From Lophium mytilinum (taxonomy: Eukaryota): 64,000 nucleotides of DNA. The DNA lies in contig MU004186.1 in assembly GCA_010093605.1 (NCBI GenBank), positions 513,765 through 577,764 of the forward strand, read 5' to 3'. The position numbers and the translations under genes are program-made. A model generated the notes under the pieces. That model did no database searches. It worked only from the letters and a program-made list of their open reading frames with translations, and had not been told where the DNA came from. This document shows, one piece after another, positions 1 to 11,277 of the stretch. Position 1 is the first letter of the stretch. Each line of letters begins with the position of its first letter.

Positions 1-37
1 TGAGTGCGAGAGCAAGATCAACCCAATCAGGCTGAGG

Positions 38-177
38 CAGGGCTCGGAATCAATCAACCAGAGGGTGCGATTGAATTGATCTCGGACCCCATATAGTACC
101 GTGCACGGTGGCACGTCCCTACTGTTGGCCCGAGATCAACCAGAAGGTATGATTGAATTGATTGATTCCGAGCCCTG
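38..177. mobile_element. hAT-type MITE, 140 bp, perfect 20-bp TIRs, 8-bp TSD GGCTGAGG
   Basis: CAGGGCTCGGAATCAATCAA at 38-57 has its exact reverse complement at 158-177. GGCTGAGG flanks both sides (30-37 and 178-185). CAGGG termini plus an 8-bp TSD are hAT hallmarks. Confidence 0.88.
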
Positions 178-320
178 GGCTGAGGGAACGTAGTCTTGTC
201 ACAGAAAAAGAGATTTATGCAACCCTTGGTATTACGACTGAAGACTGAAAATGCACGCCAAAGCTGCCTACCAAAGATATTGATACAAACTCCTCCGATA
301 GCACAGCACGACCACCAAAC

Positions 321-2184
321 CTAGAAAGTCGTCGTCGCCAACCGGCTCGCAGCATTCTTGGCATCGATTCTATCTTCATCTTCTTCTCCAACGCCCTTCA
401 GGCTCCCGGCTCCACTAACAGCGCGCTTCCGACCACCCTTGCCGTCACCCTCCTCGTCCTCTTCATCAATGTCAGCCGGTACGCCAGCCAAACCGCCACT
501 GACACTCCTGTTGAGTCCATCACCAGGTCTCCGCGGCACGCCAGACCACGCATCGCCCTTGGGGCCCTGTGAGCTAGCAAGGGAAGCCCTCCTCGTGGCT
601 GGATGCGCCTCACGGCCGAGGCGAGAAAGCCCACCTGAGCCATCAATAGCTCGAATATCCGGGCGTACTTGCTCCAGAGTGGCCAGAGTGCGCCGTTCAG
701 CTTCGATTTCGCGGACAACGTATTCCCGAATCGCAATCCGCATTTCCGACGCTGATCGAGCAAACCACTTGCGTTGCTCCTGCAGGAGATTGGACGTTAC
801 TCGTTGAGTTTTCTTCGTAAGGTAGTCTTCGTGACTGCGCGCCTCGTCCAGCGCGGAAATGGCCTCGTCGACTTTGTCGCGTTTGACACTGGAGCTAGCC
901 TTTAGCCGGTCGGCCGCTGACAGCTTCGAGCGGGTGGTTGCCTGAGCTGCTAGTAGGTCACGGAGGAGGATGTGACGGTTCGTGAGGGTCTCCTTGACGA
1001 TGAACGCATCGCTGCTGTGGTATGTCATGGGATCTCCAAGAGTCGTGGCTTCGGCAGTGCCCTGTGCTGCGTGGAAATCGCCGGTCGCTTGTATGACCTT
1101 TCCGAGTTTGCGATAAGCAGTGCTCAAACCGGGATGCGTCTCCTGAACATGCATAGCGGCAAACTTGACCCCAAGGTCCGATTCGGCGAGACCAAGACCT
1201 GTATGATATCTTAGCCTTAGTCCTCATTCTCAATTTAGAGACTGGGCTTAATGTAACAGGTCTAAATGACATACTTCTTCTGTGTTTGACAACCTTCTCG
1301 ACTTTCTGTCCTGTCGCCATTGTCCCCAAGTAGAATGCTTTGACGATTGGTCTCGCAGCGGCGAGTTCCGGGGTGTCATCCGGTGGCGGCGCAAACTGTT
1401 TTATCACCTTCCGCTTGACACCGGTGGCAGGCTGCTTCCTTCTGACCACAGGACTGTATCCAAAATCGCTTTCCACAAAGAACACCATCTCTTCATCCCT
1501 CATCAACACATCATTCCCACACACCACATTCAGCCATCGCTGCAAGGATGCCTTAACGCGAGCTTCGTCTTCGTCAGTACCAACGCCAGCGGAAGTCAGT
1601 GGTGGAGGAACAGCGGGGACAAAAGCTTCGGGATTGGCGGATATGAGGTGTTCGCCCAGTTTTACGAATTCAGAGTGCATGCGGCGCACATCGCGGAACT
1701 GGGTAGTGCGGAACTTCGGTAGGTTTGTCTATAGGCATGATGTTTAGTTCGGATAGCTGCATGACGCCTTGTCGCAACCGTACGCCAGGTGTTTACATAC
1801 GTATACGTCGAACCGTAGAATGGGATCCTTTCGCCCTGTTCGCTCCAACCCAGTGATCTTTGCTGAAAGCTTGTATTGAGGCTGTTGTTGACGCTGCTGA
1901 CGAGCTCCATGATGATATCGCTGGGGCTCGTGTCTCTGGTGCTCTTGTGGACCGCGAGTTGGCGATGGCGGCTGCTGTTGGTTTGAGGCATGTTCTCCGT
2001 TCTCTGACGACGGCCCTAAAGCTGGATGGTGATCCTCCGAGTCTTCTCCATATGGTGAGGTTGGTAGCGGGGAAGGCGGAATGTCACTGGTAGGAGGCTG
2101 TTCGAAGGCGGAGCGATTGTGTTGGGGCGATGATGCCCATGGTGAGGATCCTTCAGGGTCGCTCGGAAGGGTTGAGTAGTCCAT
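321..2184 (-). CDS. VPS17: Retromer PX-BAR sorting nexin Vps17 (exons ~2184-1801, 1728-1275, 1198-321)
   Basis: Spliced ORFs give KITGLERTGRKDPILRFDVY-TNLPKFRT...VRRMHSEFVKL (PX domain) followed by a Vps5-type BAR region. GTATGT donors lie at 1800 and 1274. Confidence 0.9.
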
Positions 2185-2590
2185 TGTTCTTGTTGCGGGC
2201 GAGAAGCTACTCGCAATGGTGGTGGTCTTTCCACCGCAGGCAGAGTCGTGATCTCGCGGTCGCTAAAGCACGGGCATGGGCGTCAATAGCGCCTAACAGT
2301 TTAGCTAGCACCGCGCAGGAGAGCTGCAACTTGGCTCCAATTTACGCTTCCAGTGTAATTGAATTTAGCTTTCTTAGTTGTTAAAGTGCTAGAGAATCCA
2401 TAGAGTGCACTTCCTAGATGTAGTAGAAAGTAAAGTGAATAGCTGGAGGCACATATGCCAAGACTCTATTCTTTCCCTTGATTCCTCCCGTTTAGGTCAA
2501 GCCTAAAAATCTTCACTCTAATTCATTGCACCTCAAATACACCCTTTTATCCTTTTCGCATTGATTCCCAATTCCGAGTCATCTTTGGTA

Positions 2591-5416
2591 ATGCTCGCTG
2601 GATGGGCTTTGCGCGCCCGTCATGTACGAGTCCCGCCTTGTGCCAGACAGAGATATCTGCCAGTATATGGGAGGCGGTATGCATCAGGGTCAGCAGATCT
2701 ATCTAAGACGAGGAACATTGGCATCATAGCACACATCGATGCGGTAAGTAGATCAAAGGCATAATTGGTTTGGCTCCTGATGTCTCTTAGGGCAAGACAA
2801 CAACGACGGAGCGTATGCTATATTATAGCGGTTTCACCCGAAGAATAGGAGGTATAGACTCTTTCATCATCATTGAGCTTGAGCTACATCTGTCATACGT
2901 CATCGTCCATTCTATTTCGTCTTAATCTCAAAGCGTGGTACACATATCGGGAATAATTTCTGATTACGGTCTCAGATGTCGATGAAGGTTCAACCGTCAC
3001 TGATTTCCTTCCTGCCGAAAGAGCCCGCGGCATAACGATACAATCGGCCGCAATCACGTTCAATTGGCCTCCCCTACCAAGCGGTAGCCAGTCTGCTACT
3101 TCACAGGTTGGCTCACCAGCATCAGTCCGGTCCTCGATCTCTCACAACGTCAACCTTATCGACACGCCTGGTCATGCAGACTTTACTTTCGAGGTGTTGC
3201 GTTCACTTCGAATCTTAGACGGAGCTATTTGTATCCTGGATGGAGTAGCCGGGGTTGAAGCTCAAACTGAGAAGGTTTGGACTCAAGCAGAACATTACAA
3301 GATTCCAAGAATCATCTACGTCAACAAGCTGGATCGTTATGGCGCCGCGTTTTCGAAAACGGTGAAAGAAATTGGAGTTCGATTACATGGCTGGCCCGCC
3401 CTGTGCCAGATTCCATGGTGGAAAGACGGCAAGGGGAATTTCACAGGCGTCGGAGATGTAGTCGGACTTCGGGGGTTACTTTGGGAGGAAGGCGGTGACG
3501 GCAAAGCCATTCAAATTTTTTCTCTGGAAGAACTCGAGACTAAGGACCCATCATTTGCGACTGAACTCAAGAGAGCTAGAGTAGCACTCGTCGAGGGCCT
3601 CAGTGAGTACGACGACGTCATGGTTGAACAGTTCCTGAAGCACGAAGAAGACCACATTTCTATCCCAGGCACTCAAGTTTTGGACGCGCTACGGAGATGC
3701 GTCTTGCAATCACCGCAATACATCATCCCTGTCTTTGCCGGAGCTAGTTTCAAGAATATCGGGGTCCAGCCTCTGATGGATTCGGTGAATGACCTTCTTC
3801 CATCCCCGGAGGAGAGACCGGACCCGGAGATCAGTATAGGAGGGCTAAAAGGAACATTGCAGCAGTTGATGACTGGCCAGCTCGACCTCTCTTCGTCCAC
3901 GAAAGATGCTCAAGCACACAAAAAACCACAGAAAACTCACCAATTCGCATTGCAGAATCTTCAAGCGTGTGCCCTAGCTTTCAAAGTCGTGAACGACCCA
4001 AAGCGCGGCGTGCTAGTCTATGTGCGGGTATATTCCGGATCCATCGATCGTAACAGCAGCCTTTTCAATACTAGCTTGAACGTAACCGAGAAAGCCCCTC
4101 GACTACTAAAGATGTATGCATCGGATGCAGTCGAAGTCGAATCTATTCCTACTGGCCAAATTGGTGTCATTGTTGGGCTCAAGTATGCTAGGACCGGAGA
4201 CACACTCATTTCATACTCGGGAGTCAACCCCAAGCTTGCTCCACCGGCTCCCATCAACACCCTTCAGCTTCGTCCAATCAATGTTCCTCCTCCGGTGTTC
4301 TTCACGAGCGTGGAACCGAACAGTCTTTCGGAAGAGAAACTTGTGCATGAGACTCTAGCGCTTCTTCTACGAGAGGACCCGAGCCTTCAACTGACTATGG
4401 ACGAAGAAAGTGGACAAACTCACCTTGCGGGTATGGGCGAGCTTCATCTAGAGATTGCCAGGGACCGACTTATCAATGACTTCAAGGCCAAAGCTAGAAC
4501 CGGGAAAATAGAGATTGGCTATAGAGAGACGATAAATGTAGCATCGGAGAGCTTTCAAGAAGAAGTCGCCAGAGAGATTGGAGGGAAGTTTGCTCGGGCC
4601 TCGTGTTCAGTCTCAATTGCGCCTTTAGAACAGTTCATGGATGATGGCGACCGCTCTTCTGAGAACGAATCCGCCTTCGATCTCGAAAATGGCAACCGTG
4701 TTGTTATCCAGCATCCAACTCTAACCCGGTCGGGACTACCTGTTTCTTCAGACGACCTTGGATTGCCAGATCACCTTCCTTTCGAGGTTATCTTCGCAGC
4801 TTTTCAAACGGGTGCATCGGCAGCACTTTCACATGGACCGGAGCATGGCTTCCCTGTGGCGTCCGTACAGATCAACATCTCCCTTGACCCATCTCTACAC
4901 ATATCTCAGGAGACTACACCCGCAGCCTTGTCAACCGTCGTCAGGCAAGCCATTCGCGTTGCTCTAAAAAACTCAGTTCAGAAGGGAGGATCGATACTTA
5001 TGGAACCAGTGATGATGGCTACTATCACTGTCAACGAGAGCAGTCTCGGTAGCGTTGTACACGACATCAGCTCCGCACGTGGCGGACAAGTCATGTCTCT
5101 CGACCGCGACGAATCCACCGATTCCGCCTCCGACACCAGTGCATCCAATCAAGACGAGGTTCTAATCATCAACCCAGATCGCATATACACACCACCAGAT
5201 CCTTTTCAAGGAAACGACTCGGCTCTTGCATCTGCCGACCGGCAAAGACAAATCACCGCCCGAGTTCCGCTGAAAGAGATGGTGGGGTATCTCAATCATT
5301 TGCGGAGCCTGACGGGCGGCAGGGGCACCTTTGTCATGACTGTGGATGGATTTGAAAAGATGAATGTGCAAAGGCAGAAGAATGTTCTCGATGCGATGCG
5401 TGGCGACTTTGTATAA
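2591..5416 (+). CDS. MEF2: Mitochondrial ribosome-releasing factor 2 / elongation factor G2 (exons 2591-2743, 2791-2851, 2976-5416)
   Basis: Arg-rich presequence; [45 protein letters not shown] and NKLD GTPase motifs; EF-G domains including GMGELHLEI. Confidence 0.92.
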
Positions 5417-5854
5417 GTATCGCATAAAACGGTTGTAAACGTAGGTGTGTTGGGTTGAGGTAATGAAGAAATATGTATATTATAGATGCGTTTCATTCAG
5501 ACATGTAAAATGCAAGGGCACTAAATGTGATGACAAGCTCTCATCAGCTTTTTCCCAATGCTGCTTGGTGTTGACTCGCTCAAGCAAAGATTCTCACAGC
5601 TGTGATTTGTTCATATGCAGATCCGACGTCATTAATGCATGCAAGTAATACCCTATCACAACAGCCGAAAGGCACAGGCACCGAGTGCTGCCTGGACCTG
5701 GAACAAGAAATGCATTCATTCTAGCCTTCCTACTGCTCCTACCACAGGACTATAATCGCGAAACCCTAATATTCCTATTAGTCGAACACAATTTCTGCCC
5801 TACATCTTCTAGAATAACTTAAAACCTTCCACAAGCATTAAAGCCCTCCCCACA

Positions 5855-6512
5855 ATGACCTCTCCTCTCACCTCCTGGCCTTCCACTCCCATCCCCGAGG
5901 CTATAAAAGCTCTAATCAGCGACTTCTACACTCTCAGCGCCAAGAAAGGCCACGAAGCAACTGAAGCATACGTAAAACTATTCACGGAAAACGGAGAAAT
6001 CGTTGAGACCAAACGCACATACACCGGCCGTGATGGTAAGCGAGTCCCCATCATCCCCACCGAAAACGGCATCCCTTACCATGCCAACGCGTAGGGATCA
6101 TCGAGGCCCGAAGCGCAAAGCTAGAGCACGTGAAGAGCCGCCAGCGCGAGATACAAAAAGTGTACTCGTGCACTGAAGCTGGCGACGATCTGCTCCTAGT
6201 GGGCAAGATGCGGATTGTGCTGGACACGGCGGAGGTGGTGGAGATGGGGTTTTGCATGCAGTTGCGGTTTGAGCAGACGGCGGAGGGGTGGAAGGTGGCG
6301 CATGTGCAGTCTTGGAATGTGAGTACTATGCTACGGTTTTCAGGCTTGGGTGATGCTGATGTAGGGTGTGCATGTAGGATTCGGTGGAGTTGACGGTGGA
6401 GATGATGAAGATTGTTATGAAAGAGCAGCTTCTTGGGGGCGCGGAAAAGGGCAAGGTTAAGGAGAAACGGCAGAGTTCTGGGCTTTTCGCGGGGTGTTTT
6501 GGGAGGAAGTAG
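5855..6512 (+). CDS. Small SnoaL/NTF2-like domain protein (exons ~5855-6034, 6095-6318, 6378-6512)
   Basis: Spliced ORF ISDFYTLS...YVKLFTENG...YTGRDGI...GWKVAHVQSW fits the SnoaL-like pattern, and both introns are GT-AG. Confidence 0.6.
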
Positions 6513-6890
6513 ACAGGTGTCACGACGATATACGCTATCAAGCTTAATTCTTCTTATTTCACTCTCACTCAGTTTTCTTGCCTTGGTCCTACTTGTCTAT
6601 CTCTCCCCTCTAACCCTTGTCCATCATGCACGACTTCACGTGCCGATCCCGCGCATCCTTCCTTCGTAAGCCCTTCCGCGCGTACTTGCACTTTACGAAC
6701 GCGCATAGGTACGAGCGAGCTCGGGAGTGAATGAGTATGTGCTAGCGCAACAGTCTATACATGCTTCTTCTTTGTTGCTTGGGATGTAGTATTCAGCCCT
6801 CAGAGTCGCAGTGACAGATTCATTAGGGGAGCTGGGGTACTTAATGCCGGTGAGGTTGTGGCTACCTTCCCATGTATCTTTATTGTGATG

Positions 6891-8798
6891 CTAGTAGATG
6901 TCAACGTCAGTCCACTTAGACTCAAAGCCCGGCCCATCCTCCTCCTCCTCCATCAACTCTCCATCCATGATCCCCCAGATCCAAGAATCTCCTACAAGAT
7001 GGTAACCACCGCCGGCTCTTTTGCGGAGAATAACGGGCACAGAACAGCCCAGAAGGAGCCAAATTTGATCACCAACGCGGGTGTGCCGGTCAGCCCATCC
7101 GATCCGCTGTTGTTCTGTGGTTATTAGTCTTCGGTCTTCTATTTGAAGCAGAGCAGGGACGATTGGAGGACGGTCGGTTCCGTATGTTCTAAAAATCGTT
7201 TGCGCAATCTGGTGTTGTATGGGGAGCCATGTGGATAGACGATACCCCTTGTAAGAAAAATTTGCATTCATGTGAATCCAATTGTCCCGCGATGGCCGAG
7301 CTCCGGGGAAAATGGGTCCGGAAAACAGATGGGATTGAGGATGCTGTCTCGCGATCTCAATTTCTTCATCCGACACCAGTGTTTCAAACAACGCAACGCC
7401 ATTCTCATCCCGTCGATTTGGGTTCTGCACTAGATAGTTGAGGATGTCCATGTTCACTATGGAGGGACAATACTCCTCGGTAAAGTCCGTTTTTAAGAAT
7501 TCGTGGGGATGTGGCCGTATGTCACCCTCTGCCCAGCTGACTTGATTGACATGATCGACGAGTTTACCTCGCAAGCTCAGTAATTTGCCCTTTACAGAGA
7601 AGACCGCGCGAGAATTGAGCGTCGAATCATAAATCCTATCTTTCGCGGGCGGAGTGCGAGGTTTGAACGGCCAGTCAATGCTAGCTTGTGCGAGCGGATT
7701 AGATATACTCCGAATCGTCTTTTCTCTGGACAAATACTCCAGTTTGTACCTGTAAAGATCTTCCTCACATCGTAGTGAGGTCCAGCTTGGCACCCAGGTC
7801 GGCTCTTTGAAGTCTCCAGAATCGTTACCGAGAAAAATGATCGCATCGAGGTTTCCTTTCCATTCAAGCGCGGAAACCGTCATTTCTTGCCATAAGTCGG
7901 CTATGGGCGTGGAGTAATTCGGATACGAAACATAAATGGAGTGATCGTATGTTAAACCAAACAACGCGAAGATTTTGTCGTGGGCATCTGAGGCAAGCGC
8001 CATACGGCTACGAAGGAGGGCTTCAACCAAACGAATCGGCTTGCTCTCTCTTGCATCCTCGCGGAACGTCCTGAGGTCTTCCATGTGTAGAGTTCCCGGG
8101 CTGTCAATCGGAAGATAACAGACGGCTTCTTGAACCTTTTCCCAGGTCGTCTGCTTCTCGCCTGAGAGAATCACAATCTCTCGGCTGAGCGCCAGCTCTT
8201 GAATGATCCAGACTCGAAACCAATAAGGATGCCCGAAAAACTTCTGGAGGACTTCCAAGTCAGACTGTGCCAGGTCTTGCCGGGGACTCCTTTCTGCGGG
8301 TACTCCTCTCGCCAGAGACCAGTCATATCCTTTTTTCGACTGCGCTGTATACGTTTCATTCTCAGCGGCCAGCCTTTCGATCAAGTCAATCACTCCTTCG
8401 TCCCCTTGATCACTACCGCCAACCCAGGCCACAGTCCTCTCCGCTCTTCGATATACTGCCCCCATCCTCAGCACCTGTTGCCCCCTCTCATCAACGTCCT
8501 CTTGATTAATAGACAGCGCGTCAGCCCACACTGTCAAGAGTCCATGTTCGCGTAAACTAAGCAGTGCATCATACAGATGCTGTGTGACACCAAACGTGTA
8601 GCCGTTAAGCACAATCTGACGGACCCGAGTCGCGTCGCCCCAAAGATAGCTGAGAGCTACGTAGGGAGGAGGTGATGCCAGAGAAACGTGGCGGATGGTG
8701 CAGGAGATGAGGTCGGGTCGGGCGGGGTCAGGTTCCAAGATAGTGATGAGGCGGAAGTCGTCTTTGGAGGGCTGAAGCGGGGAGTAGTTGTATGCCAT
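6891..8798 (-). CDS. HET-domain (heterokaryon incompatibility, HET-6-like) protein, intronless
   Basis: YVALSYLWGD, WADALSINQEDVDERGQQVLRMGAVYRRA and YWFRVWIIQEL HET motifs, plus the C-terminal GDQIWLLLGCSVPVILR...LVGDSWIWGIMDGE. Probable ATG is at 8798. Confidence 0.9.
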   Translation of the reverse strand: MAYNYSPLQPSKDDFRLITILEPDPARPDLISCTIRHVSLASPPPYVALSYLWGDATRVRQIVLNGYTFGVTQHLYDALLSLREHGLLTVWADALSINQEDVDERGQQVLRMGAVYRRAERTVAWVGGSDQGDEGVIDLIERLAAENETYTAQSKKGYDWSLARGVPAERSPRQDLAQSDLEVLQKFFGHPYWFRVWIIQELALSREIVILSGEKQTTWEKVQEAVCYLPIDSPGTLHMEDLRTFREDARESKPIRLVEALLRSRMALASDAHDKIFALFGLTYDHSIYVSYPNYSTPIADLWQEMTVSALEWKGNLDAIIFLGNDSGDFKEPTWVPSWTSLRCEEDLYRYKLEYLSREKTIRSISNPLAQASIDWPFKPRTPPAKDRIYDSTLNSRAVFSVKGKLLSLRGKLVDHVNQVSWAEGDIRPHPHEFLKTDFTEEYCPSIVNMDILNYLVQNPNRRDENGVALFETLVSDEEIEIARQHPQSHLFSGPIFPGARPSRDNWIHMNANFSYKGYRLSTWLPIQHQIAQTIFRTYGTDRPPIVPALLQIEDRRLITTEQQRIGWADRHTRVGDQIWLLLGCSVPVILRKRAGGGYHLVGDSWIWGIMDGELMEEEEDGPGFESKWTDVDIY

Positions 8799-9315
8799 TG
8801 TAGAGGCTTGGATGTGCTGAAACGCAATAGATATAGCACAAACACCGCGCTCTTGTTGATTTGATTTGGAGGCTATGAGAAGCAAGTGGGAAGAGTGCGG
8901 AGAGAGGTTGATTTGAGTGTGGTTCCGCGGGCTGTGTAAGTATTGCGGTGACAAGGCTGAAGGCTGGCCATGCAGACTCCTTGCGCCTCGTTCACGCTGA
9001 TTCGCTAGAGCTTCACCGGCCAACTGTCAGGCTCTGGAGATCGATGCCAATGTTCTAGCAGCGTCAAACTTCTATCTCTCGGGGAGAAGGAGGACCAGAC
9101 ATGTTTCCTAATATAAGCAATATGATACCTTTGTATTCATAGTACCAGCCGTTTGATGATCGCAATTACTTACCCACCCGACCCGAGTGGTAAAGAGTAA
9201 GGTATGAAGGGTATCCAAAATGAAATCCAAACTCCACACTGAGTTTTAGGCTATTTTCCCGTGTCCAAACTTTTAAGCCTTCGTTTTAGGCATCTCTCCA
9301 GTTCTTTTCCTACTT

Positions 9316-11022
9316 TTATCCATCAATTTCAGGGATGAATTCGTCCTCTTCAAGTTCTTCCTTGATCCTATAATCATCCTCTTCTGGAATTTCAACTTCC
9401 CCCTCAAATGCCTCCCCCTCTTCGCTTTCAAGGTCCGGATCAATCTTCACTCCCAAATCTCTCTCGTCGAGAAACGTCCTCCCTCTCAACTGGTCTGGCA
9501 GATAATCTTGCTTGACCCTACCATCCTTGAAATCCGGATTATACTTGTAGCCCTTTCCAAGACCCATCTCCTTCATCAGCCTGGTCGGTGCGTTCCGCAG
9601 ATGCACCGGCACAGGTAGATTCGCCACTCCGGGCTCTTTTAGTGCGGCCATCGCTGCATGCAGTCCCCTATAGACTCTCGTCGACTTTTTCGCCATAGAC
9701 AGAGCAACTGCGCAATGGGCGATGTTAATGCCTGCCTCTGGCATCCCGACGCGCTCGACGGCTTGGTGCGCACTAACTGCTAGTGGTAGCATTGATGGGT
9801 CTGCGAGACCGACATCTTCAGACGCAACGACGATGAGACGGCGGGATATGTACAAGGGGTCTTCGCCAGATTGGAGCATACGTGAGAGGTAATATAGCGT
9901 CGCATCCGGGTCGGAGCCACGAATAGACTTGTGTAGGGCGGATATTGAGTCGTAATGCTGATCCCCCGAGCGATCGTATAGAGAAGCTTTGGTCAGACTA
10001 GCACGGAGAGAATCTGGCGTGCTGTTTGGAGAAGTGGATAAGGAGAGCGAGAGCGAGAGGAGGGTTAGTGCTTGTCTAGCATCGCCATCAGCTTGAAGGG
10101 CTAGATGAGAGAGGAACTCTTCGTCTATTAGCGGAGAAATATGTTCCTTGACAGCGCTTTCGGACGCAAGAGCACGTTCGAGAATATCGCGGATCTCGGA
10201 TTCTGTGAGGCGTTCGAGATGGAAAGGACGGCATCGAGACATGAGTGCAGCAACGACTTTGAAGGAGGGATTCTCAGTCGTGGCCCCTATGAGAGTCACC
10301 TGGCCCGCCTCGATAGGCCCAAGAAATACATCTTGTTGCGTCTTGCTGAAACGGTGTATCTCATCGCAGAAGATGATGGTCCGCCGACCTGTGAGGTTCA
10401 ACTCCCCCAAGGCTTCTGCAAACAGCTTCTTGACCTCTCCAACTCCTGAGCTTGTGCTCACAATCTCGACAAATCGATAGTTTGAAGCTTTTGCTATCAG
10501 CCGTGCTATTGTAGTTTTTCCAGTTCCAGGTCCGCCCCAAAGGATCATGCTCGGAATATTGCCAGAAGCTATCATGCTTCGTATTACCCCATTGGGCCCA
10601 ACTAGCTCTTCTTGTCCGATTACGTCGTCAAGACTTTGTGGGCGCATGCGTTCGGGAAGGGGTGCGGCTTTCTGGAGGGCGCTGAGTTTGGTACGTTTAG
10701 GGGCCGGCGGGTCGCCATTTGTGGCATCGAAAGACCGCTTGGTGCCTGTTGGGGAGACAGAGCGATTGGCATGCTGTGTTTGCGGTGGAGGTTGTGTCAA
10801 AGGTGACGGAGTGGGTGCTGTTGTGGGAGTAGTGGTGGTTTTAGCGGAGACGCTGGTGACGCGCTTTGGGCCCGGCGTGAAGAAGCTCAACACGCTCTTG
10901 GGAGCACTCTCGGCGGGGTCTACAATGTAAGATTCGCAGCCAGAGTCGAGATGGGGGTTGATATGCTGTGGTTTGACGGGCTTGGAGCATATGGGACAGT
11001 CGACGGGCGCGTTGTCGTCCAT
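9316..11022 (-). CDS. MGS1: DNA-dependent AAA+ ATPase Mgs1/WRNIP1 with N-terminal UBZ4 zinc finger
   Basis: CPIC...INPHLDSGC zinc finger; PLPERMRP; Walker A GGPGTGKTT; DEIHRF; GATTENPSF; MgsA C-terminal SALHKSIRGSD and ASEDVGLAD. Confidence 0.93.
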   Translation of the reverse strand: MDDNAPVDCPICSKPVKPQHINPHLDSGCESYIVDPAESAPKSVLSFFTPGPKRVTSVSAKTTTTPTTAPTPSPLTQPPPQTQHANRSVSPTGTKRSFDATNGDPPAPKRTKLSALQKAAPLPERMRPQSLDDVIGQEELVGPNGVIRSMIASGNIPSMILWGGPGTGKTTIARLIAKASNYRFVEIVSTSSGVGEVKKLFAEALGELNLTGRRTIIFCDEIHRFSKTQQDVFLGPIEAGQVTLIGATTENPSFKVVAALMSRCRPFHLERLTESEIRDILERALASESAVKEHISPLIDEEFLSHLALQADGDARQALTLLSLSLSLSTSPNSTPDSLRASLTKASLYDRSGDQHYDSISALHKSIRGSDPDATLYYLSRMLQSGEDPLYISRRLIVVASEDVGLADPSMLPLAVSAHQAVERVGMPEAGINIAHCAVALSMAKKSTRVYRGLHAAMAALKEPGVANLPVPVHLRNAPTRLMKEMGLGKGYKYNPDFKDGRVKQDYLPDQLRGRTFLDERDLGVKIDPDLESEEGEAFEGEVEIPEEDDYRIKEELEEDEFIPEIDG

Positions 11023-11277
11023 GTCTTGGTGTCGCGTAGATATTGGTTACGGGACAGACGCGAGGTCACTGGATGCCGACCGGTATCGGCAACTTTGAGA
11101 GCACGGCCCGACAGCGTCAGAGGTGCGGAGGGGCTTCGGGAGTGTGGGAGGGCAGAAACGCGGGATCGCTGGGCTGCTTTGGGGCAACACGGAGCACGCA
11201 ATACTTAAAATCAACACCACGCTGACTCTGCTATACCAGTCCAGCCTCACGCTCCTCTTCTTTCCTTCTCACCTGAA

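Noticed and set aside
8799..9023. N-terminal extension of the HET ORF in the ORF track
   Set aside because: It starts at a non-ATG codon, and family similarity begins at MAYNYSPL (ATG 8798).
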